Positions 25,378 to 33,700 of a DNA stretch of 64,000 nucleotides are shown here, piece after piece; the stretch's first letter is position 1; every line of letters begins with the position of its first letter. This stretch comes from Balanoglossus misakiensis (lineage: Eukaryota > Animalia > Hemichordata), in contig CM082591.2 of NCBI GenBank assembly GCA_040954595.2, positions 919,882 through 983,881 of the forward strand. Direction: 5' to 3'. The notes under the pieces are model-generated. The model worked only from the letters and a program-made list of their open reading frames with translations. It did no database searches and was not told the origin of the DNA. Both the position numbers and the translations under genes were made by a program.

Positions 25378-25453
25378 ACAAAGTCTTAATACATCAAACA
25401 ACGGTTTCCATGGTATCATGGTCTTTAACCTGTTGTCGTCAAGGGGACTTTGT
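25378..25453 (-). promoter_or_regulatory. Type II SECIS element of deiodinase-like gene 2 (UUGA variant)
   Basis: On the minus strand: perfect helix I ACAAAGTC/GACTTTGT; core TTGAC (25442-25438)...TGAT (25396-25393); helix II GACAACaGGTT/AACCGTTGTT; AAA; mini-helix CCATG/CATGG. Confidence 0.85.
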
Positions 25454-25527
25454 GTCTTCACGTTACTTTGCAATTCCTGATCGCTGTTTTGTTGCATCAG
25501 ATGTTTTAGAAATGATTGTCACCGCTC

Positions 25528-26180
25528 TTAAAGTATAGAGCACATCGATTTGCCATAGTGATCGTCCAACCACTTTCTCAGTTCATCCGTCAACAGTTTC
25601 TTCCGCTGCCATGGTTTCAGTTGCGTCATAATCGATCGGCCAATCAGAACAAGCTTCCCATCGTTGATGACGTAAACGCGATCGGGATACGAGTCGTATT
25701 CCAACATGAACTTATTTTCCATGTTGTCTGTTACCATGCGAACTTTTGTCAAATCTTTTGGGTCTGTCGTGAAAGTGTTGAAATTGTCGACTTCTATTAA
25801 GGCTCTGCAGGCAAAGAAATATTTCGCGTGGTGAGTGTTTTTTAATTACATGTAATTGGCGTGTTACACTGCGAAATAATAATATGTTGACTGCCTACTC
25901 TCACAACTACAGACCACATCTGCGCACTTTCGAACTTTGAGAACACATACCTGGCCGCTTCTCGCCTTTCTTCAATCGTCTTGTGTTGATCAAACTGACT
26001 GTAGTGAGAACCGAGTTTCCATTCATCTGCTGCGTGAGATTCCAATTGATAGATCATCAAAAACTCGGCTCTTTCCTTGTAGTCTTGAAACAGCTTGTGC
26101 AGAGAGCCGCTGTGTACAACGGCCTAAAAAGTCAACAGAACACAGCAGCGAGAAAATGATATAGGCTTATGAATAGCCAG

Positions 26181-26270
<90 letters not shown>

Positions 26271-26889
26271 GATGACAGAATTTCTGCAACTCACCCTTAA
26301 TGGTGGTCATGACAACGACGAAGCGATTATCATAAGTGGTCGATCTTTGTTCACGTGAATCTCCGAGAGTGAGACCGAGTGACCTGTTGCTATGGATACA
26401 AGGTCAACGTCACTCATCGGATCGCCAGTTGATAGAACGTTTCGGAGATATGAAGGAATGTAACCCTTTGGTATAATGAAGTCGCTGAAATATTGCATAA
26501 CCTGCAGAAAACAAATATTATCAATTTAATTAAAGTACCTACACCTGGGTACATTCCTACCTCGTATCAAGGGAGGCATAACTGTCATAAAATCATTATG
26601 AATACAATGTACAAACCTCTTCATCGTCACCGTGCCATTTGATTAAGTTATCTTCCAATCTACCGTTAGACATTAGAATTACTCGCCAGAGGCTTATGCC
26701 ATTTTCCTTCAAGACAGATCTGTACACGTCTAAGACGATATCCGATGCCTTGGAAACCAACTTGGGGGCGTTTTCCTCCGTCGGTTCCAAGTTCCGGTCG
26801 TAAGCTTCAATCGTCGCTTCGTCGAGCAATCTCTCTCGCAAGGATTTGCCGAAATTAATTGCGACGTTGCGGTCGCGAAGAGCATCCAT
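25528..26889 (-). CDS. Iodothyronine deiodinase-like selenoprotein 2 (Sec at TGA 26309-26307), ~309 aa, C-terminal CaaX (CSIL)
   Basis: Exons 26889-26617, 26501-26295, 26123-25951, 25804-25528 (930 nt), with the same intron positions and phases as gene 1. Motifs RPLMIIASSLS-U-PPLR, EFLMIYQLESHAADEW, QHKTIEERREAAR, VTDNMEN and PDRVYVINDGKLVLIG. Confidence 0.9.
26184..26268. repeat. (CT)n microsatellite in intron 2 of deiodinase-like gene 2
   Basis: About 42 near-perfect dinucleotide units. Confidence 0.95.
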
Positions 26890-27076
26890 GTTTAACTGAT
26901 GATGACGTCAGATTGAGGATGACCTGACAGACACAGAACTGTGTCATGATGTGCCATTGTGTGTCACTGATACCTCACTACACCAAGTTCAAAGGTCAAG
27001 TGAAGCATTAATCTTTGTACATTGCACTTTAAGCACGAAATCGCGGACTATAAATGATTTGCCGCGCATTGCGAGA

Positions 27077-27109
27077 TCTCGCGAGACCTGTTTAAGTTAC
27101 CGTAGCAAC
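27077..27109. promoter_or_regulatory. TCTCGCGAGA palindrome plus consensus RFX X-box upstream of deiodinase-like gene 2
   Basis: TCTCGCGAGA at 27077-27086 (BANP/M8-type promoter motif) and GTTACCGTAGCAAC at 27096-27109 (fits GTNRCC-N2-RGYAAC), within a CpG-rich patch ~200 bp from the ATG. Confidence 0.55.
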
Positions 27110-27721
27110 GGGTTCCTAGCCAAGTTTTTTGGATGAAACTAGAATATGTGCAGAGTTCAACATACATTTTAATGTAAATTTTGTGACATTTGGACCATGC
27201 TATTTATTCACATCCATGTAGTTGTTGTTATTTTTGTTATTTTTTCTGCTGCTGTTGTTATTGCAACGAACGCTTTTTTGATGCATTATTGACTCTGATA
27301 TTTGTTATGTTCCATACACGAACATGACTAAGCTAGAAACCTTAACTTAAATTTACTTGATGTGCAGTAGGGCAAAGGTTAGCTAATACATATTAAGACC
27401 ATGGGTTGATGGTTGAATTTTCATGTGATCCTCGACTTCAGTGCATATGTATACAAAGTTGAACGTTAGCAAAGATGAAAACCTATATGTGGTTGTTTAT
27501 ATAAATGTGTATTTCACCGAAAAAATAATAAAATGATCATATATATGGTGTATTCTCAATAATATATCGAAGTCTAAGTTTCGAAACTACCTGAAATGCA
27601 TACACGTATATTTATATGATCTATTTTTATATACAACAGGTCATGACGATTCTAGATGTGTAGAGGAATGGATGAGAAGATACTGGTACCGTTCGGTGAC
27701 GAAGCAGACAGCATGGGCGAC

Positions 27722-27786
27722 TATAAAAAGGTGTGCACGCACATTGTTCAGTTGCTGTCTTTGGACCCGTGGATTCAACACAGTTG
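27722..27786 (+). promoter_or_regulatory. TATA box and short non-coding first exon of deiodinase-like gene 3
   Basis: TATAAAA at 27722-27728, strong donor G|GTAAGT at 27786/27787, and acceptor CCCTCAG at 28053 ten bases before ATG 28064. Confidence 0.55.
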
Positions 27787-28063
27787 GTAAGTTGATTATT
27801 CATTGTTACTCCAACAGGTATTTCATTTCACATTTTTGATTTCTACCTGTTTCAATCGTTATCACCATGTTTATTTTTTGTCCCTTTAACCACCGAGAGT
27901 AAGCTTGTTCAACTGTCCCGTGCACGCTTATTAGGAAATCGATGAATACTGATCATGAATATCTAACAATCTTTTGAGTATGAAAGTAGATTATTTCAAG
28001 GCACGAAAAAATAAACAGTTACAGTTTTTCAAATTTCACTTTTCAACCCTCAGATCTTCCATC

Positions 28064-29627
28064 ATGACGGAACTTGAAGAGGCTTACAAAGATCGGGATT
28101 TGGTCCTTCGGGTGGCCAAACGCCTCAAGGAATTAATGTTCGATGAAGACGCGATGAAAATGTACGATGATCGTTTGGTTCCACACGGGGAGAATGCTTC
28201 CAGGTTGACGGCAGAGTTGGCCCAGATCCACCGGGAACTTGGCGTCAAGGCGTTCAAAGAGTTTGGAGTTGACGTCAATGAGACCGAAACCCCGACTCAC
28301 TCCTTGATCAGACAGTTGTGGAACAAAGATGAAGAGGTATGTAATGAGAGAGGGGGAGAGACAGACAGACAGACAGACATGTAGGGTGTGGAGCTGCAGA
28401 GAGGATACCATGGCTGGCATAAAAACTTAACTTTTTTCGAGTGTCAGAAATTTGAAAAATTGATTGACATCCATTTTCTCGACTTCCTTGCAGATTATGC
28501 AACATTTGGCGTTCACCTCCGATCCTTTGATCGTTCCATTTCATCAGCGACGGCAAAATAATATCGGTGATCCCGCACACGATGTGGAACTCTACACCAT
28601 AGATACCTGCAGACCAGTGTCGCTGAAATCTCTTCATATTCACAAAGACCGCCCTCTGGCGATTTTCGCTTCTTCATTATCCTGACCTCCGCTGAGGGTA
28701 AGTAGTATTATATTCTTGCGTTGGATCGACAGGAGTTGCAGATTTTGCAGTCTGGTTAAAACCTGCTCATGTAGCGACAGATTGTGTATTTACTTTTACT
28801 GATCTTTGCAGATTTCGACATGCCTTGTTACCAGAACTCTGGTCAAATAGGTATAGAATTGCGTCCACTTAGAAAAGTTGCTGATCTACACTTTGATTTC
28901 TGTTCCACAGGCCATTGTCCACAGTGGCTCGTTAAAGGAACTTTTCCAAGAATACAAGGATAAAGTCGACTTCCTGATGGTCTATCAGATGGAAGCTCAT
29001 CCTGCAGAGGGATGGAATTTCGGGAGTCATTTCAGTCAGGTCAAAAGACATCAAAGTCTCGAAGACAGACTGGAAGCCGCCAAGTAAGAACATATGCCAT
29101 ATGTACGAGTTGTTGTCGTTGTTGTTGTTGTTGGAGTGGGTGCGTGAGTGAGTGAATAAATATAACTACATAAGTAGTTATTGAAAAAAAAAATTACGAC
29201 AATCAATTTTATACTTCGTATTCACCAAAAGGGATGTCGGATTCGTCTTCGGGGGGATTGCTTGTTACAGTAATAAATAGTTTGAAGACCATCGAATTAA
29301 CACTGGGATATTATGGTAGAGACGTAACACACTTGATTTCATTGCTATTGTAGAATGTTAATGGAGTTGGATAGCACCTTCAATACATTTACAACTGACT
29401 TCAACGACCCTACCAAGATTCGTATCGTTGCTGACAACATGAACAACGACTTCGACAAATTTTACGTCTCTCTGCCCGATCGCGTCTACGCCGTGGAGGG
29501 CGACAAACTGGCATTCATCGGAAGAATGGTCTTCCAGCAGATGCAGTCGGAGAGTGATAAGTTGATGACGGATGAACTGAGAGAATGGTTGGAAAGTCGC
29601 TTCGGAACGAACAAAAACTGCAATTAA
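28064..29627 (+). CDS. Iodothyronine deiodinase-like selenoprotein 3 (Sec at TGA 28683-28685), ~307 aa, no CaaX
   Basis: Exons 28064-28336, 28494-28697, 28911-29083, 29354-29627 (924 nt). Motifs RPLAIFASSLS-U-PPLR, DFLMVYQMEAHPAEGW, RHQSLEDRLEAAK, VADNMNN and PDRVYAVEGDKLAFIG; the protein ends NKNCN. Confidence 0.9.
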
Positions 29628-29844
29628 TATGTTGCCATAGTCACTATGTGTGAACATGGCGTAGTCACACCTACCGTCAGATGGCGCTGTTGACCATCCA
29701 GATATGTTACCAATGTATATCTTGCCTGCACTTCCAATAATAACTTAGTTGGCGCCATCTGCTATGTGGAGACACGTGCCTCTTAACGTCAAGTGGAAAG
29801 GAATTTGGCGGGAAAGTGTGTTCAGTGCTCGCAGACGTGGCTCC

Positions 29845-29929
29845 GATGGAATAGAAGTCAAAATGAAGGCAGTTGGCCAAAGTCACACAAAGTGTCAGCT
29901 ACTTGCCTGAGACGGTGGATTTCTCCATC
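29845..29929 (+). promoter_or_regulatory. Type II SECIS element of deiodinase-like gene 3
   Basis: Helix I GATGG..AGAAGTC/GATTTCT.CCATC; core ATGAA (29863-29867)...TGAG (29908-29911); helix II GGCAGtTGGC/GCTAcTTGCC; AAA (29879-29881); mini-helix ACAC/GTGT. Confidence 0.85.
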
Positions 29930-30259
29930 AAAGTCACTTCCTCGGTTGTCCTGAAGACACTTTACCGTCGAAGTACTAAATTAATAGTCCCAAATTAAGT
30001 GTGTGTGCGTGTATGTATCTGTATCACTATGTATCTATGTATTTTTTCCTTTTATGTATCTATGTAATCTGTGTAATGGACTGCGTGTTTTATTTGACGT
30101 TTCTTCAGAACAAAACTCCGGAAATAAAGAATACGTTCGTTACTTTGAGAATAATCGTGCAGGAATGTAGTAGATACAATGTACACAATGTCATGTATAA
30201 TGTGAAATGTATTAATTAAATCATCCAATCAGAATAAAATATCTTGTATATTTGCTTCG

Positions 30260-30548
30260 GCGCAACTCTTATAGTCAGGTGGTTCCTCTTCCTCCACATT
30301 TGAATCTGAACAGCTATTGATGTCTAAACGCGAATAAGACGGAGGCGGGATGTCGTTGTCCTGGTATGCGGGCAATACAATGGATTGGACATCAGCCACG
30401 ATCAAACCGTTGATTACCGAAGCATCGCTGTTTCGAAGAAGACGTCATCATCCGGGTCATTGGAGAAACGAAACACGTGACCAGCGCCTGCACCGTCTCT
30501 TTGTATTCATCCAGGTAATGTTTTCTGCATATTACATAGCACTATTCA

Positions 30549-30583
<35 letters not shown>

Positions 30584-30629
30584 ATTAATTAATTAATTTA
30601 TCAAATAAATAAATAAATAAATAAATAAA
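30260..30629 (+). mobile_element. Possible SINE/LINE 3' remnant ending in an (AAAT)n tail
   Basis: A more GC-rich segment followed by ...GCACTATTCATAAATAAATAAAT (AAAT run ~30548-30629), which resembles non-LTR retroelement tails. The microsatellite is certain; the element identity is not. Confidence 0.3.
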
Positions 30630-30706
30630 ATCCAGCTTGACGTTTGAAGAATGAAATAAATTAAAAAAATAAGCGAAACATCGAAATATAAACACATTGG
30701 TTATAC

Positions 30707-33700
30707 ATCATGATTTTTTTCAAAAAATCACCATTTCTCGACTTTCCGAATTTCGAGATTTTGGGCCTTTTTGAACATTGTCATTTCTGGATGATTTTCA
30801 TGAGCTATAACCCATGCTTTTTTCAAAAAAAATGAAGAAATTTTGATATTTCGCAAAGTCGAAAAATTGTCATTTCTGAGCTATAACCCATGATTTTTTC
30901 AAAAAAAAATGAAGAAATTTTGATATTTCGCAAAGTCGAAAAATTGTCATTTCTGAGCTATAACCCATGATTTTTACGAAAAATGACCAAATTTCGAAAA
31001 TTCGCAAAGTCGAAAAATCCTCGATTTTTGAAGATTTTCCTGAGCTATAACCCATGATTTTTTCAAAAAATGACCAAATTTCGAAAATTCGCAAAGTCGA
31101 AAAATCCTCGATTTTTGAAGATTTTCCTGAGCTATAACCCATGATTTTTTCAAAAAATGACCAAATTTCGAAACTTCGCAAAGTCGAAAAATCCTCGACT
31201 TTTGAAGATTTTCCTGAGCTATAACCCATGATTTTTTCAAAAAATGACCAAATTTCGAAAATTCGCAAAGTCGAAAAATCCTCGATTTTTGAAGATTTTC
31301 CTGAGCTATAACCCATGAATTTTTCAAAAAATGACCAAATTTCGAAAATTCGCAAAGTCGAAAAATCCTCGATTTTTTGAAGATTTTCCTGAGCTATAAC
31401 CCATGAATTTTCAAAAAATGACCAAATTTCGAAAATTCGCAAAGTCGAAATATCCTCGATTTTTGAAGATTTTCCTGAGCTATAACCCATGATTTTTTCA
31501 AAAAATGACCAAATTTCGAAAATTCGCAAAGTCGAAAAATCCTCGATTTTTGAAGATTTTCCTGAGCTATAACCCATGATTTTTTCAAAAAATGACCAAA
31601 TTTCGAAAGTTCGCAAAGTCGAAAAATCCTCGATTTTTGAAGATTTTCCTGAGCTATAACCCATGATTTTTTCAAAAAATGACCAAATTTCGAAAGTTCG
31701 CAAAGTCGAAAAATCCTCGATTTTTGAAGATTTTCCTGAGCTATAACCCATGATTTTTTCAAAAAATGACCAAATTTCGAAAGTTCGCAAAGTCGAAAAA
31801 TCCTCGATTTTTGAAGATTTTCCTGAGCTATAACCCATGATTTTTTCAAAAAATGACCAATTTTCGAAAATTCGCAAAGTCGAAAAATCCTCGATTTTTG
31901 AAGATTTTCCTGAGCTATAACCCATGATTTTTTCGAAAAATGACCAAATTTCGAAAATTCGCAAAGTCGAAAAATCCTCGATTTTTGAAGATTTTCCTGA
32001 GCTATAACCCATGATTTTTTCAAAAAATGACCAAATTTCGAAAATTCGCAAAGTCGAAAAATCCTCGATTTTTGAAGATTTTCCTGAGCTATAACCCATG
32101 TTTTTTTCAAAAAATGACCAAATTTCGAAAATTCGCAAAGTCGAAAAATCGTCGATTTTTCAACATTTTCCTGAGCTATAACCCATGATTTTTTCAAAAA
32201 ATGACCAAATTTCGAAAGTTCGCAAAGTCGAAAAATCCTCGATTTTTGAAGATTTTCCTGAGCTATAACCCATGATTTTTTCAAAAAATGACCAAATCTC
32301 GAAAGTTCCCAAAGTCGAAAAATCGTCGATTTTTGAAGATTTTCCTGAGCTATAACCCATGATTTTTTCAAAAAATGACCAAATTTCGAAAGTTCGCAAA
32401 GTCGAAAAATCCTCGATTTTTGAAGATTTTCCTGAGCTATAACCCATGATTTTTTCAAAAAATGACCAAATTTTGAAAATTCGCAAAGTCGAAAAATCCT
32501 CGATTTTTGAAGATTTTCCTGAGCTATAACCCATGATTTTTTCAAAAAATGACCAAATTTCGAAAGTTCGCAAAGTCGAAAAATCGTCGATTTTTGAAGA
32601 TTTTCCTGAGCTATAACCCATGATTTTTTCAAAAAATGACCAAATTTCGAAAGTTCGCAAAGTCGAAAAATCCTCGATTTTTGAAGATTTTCCTGAGCTA
32701 TAACCCATGATTTTTTCAAAAAATGACCAAATTTCGAAAGTTCGCAAAGTCGAAAAATCCTCGATTTTTGAAGATTTTCCTGAGCTATAACCCATGATTT
32801 TTTCAAAAAATGACCAAATTTCGAAAAGTCGCAAAGTCGAAAAATCCTCGATTTTTGAAGATTTTCCTGAGCTATAACCCATGATTTTTTCAAAAAATGA
32901 CCAAATTTCGAAAGTTCGCAAAGTCGAAAAATCCTCGATTTTTGAAGATTTTCCTGAGCTATAACCCATGATTTTTTCAAAAAATGACCAAATTTCGAAA
33001 GTTCGCAAAGTCGAAAAATCCTCGATTTTTGAAGATTTTCCTGAGCTATAACCCATGATTTTTTCAAAAAATGACCAAATTTCGAAAGTTCGCAAAGTCG
33101 AAAAATCCTCGATTTTTGAAGATTTTCCTGAGCTATAACCCATGATTTTTTCAAAAAATGACCAATTTTCGAAAATTCGCAAAGTCGAAAAATCCTCGAT
33201 TTTTGAAGATTTTCCTGAGCTATAACCCATGATTTTTTCGAAAAATGACCAAATTTCGAAAATTCGCAAAGTCGAAAAATCCTCGATTTTTGAAGATTTT
33301 CCTGAGCTATAACCCATGATTTTTTCAAAAAATGACCAAATTTCGAAAATTCGCAAAGTCGAAAAATCCTCGATTTTTGAAGATTTTCCTGAGCTATAAC
33401 CCATGTTTTTTTCAAAAAATGACCAAATTTCGAAAATTCGCAAAGTCGAAAAATCGTCGATTTTTCAACATTTTCCTGAGCTATAACCCATGATTTTTTC
33501 AAAAAATGACCAAATTTCGAAAGTTCGCAAAGTCGAAAAATCCTCGATTTTTGAAGATTTTCCTGAGCTATAACCCATGATTTTTTCAAAAAATGACCAA
33601 ATCTCGAAAGTTCCCAAAGTCGAAAAATCGTCGATTTTTGAAGATTTTCCTGAGCTATAACCCATGATTTTTTCAAAAAATGACCAAATTTCGAAAGTTC

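Noticed and set aside
23951-28685. Three pseudogenes with premature TGA stops
   Set aside because: The TGA is at the same catalytic position in all three, downstream exons are intact and conserved, and each gene has a SECIS.
30990-31020. CENP-B-box-like motif (TTCG...A..CG) in the monomer
   Set aside because: The spacing is one base short and the CGGG end is absent, so it does not fit the 17-bp consensus.
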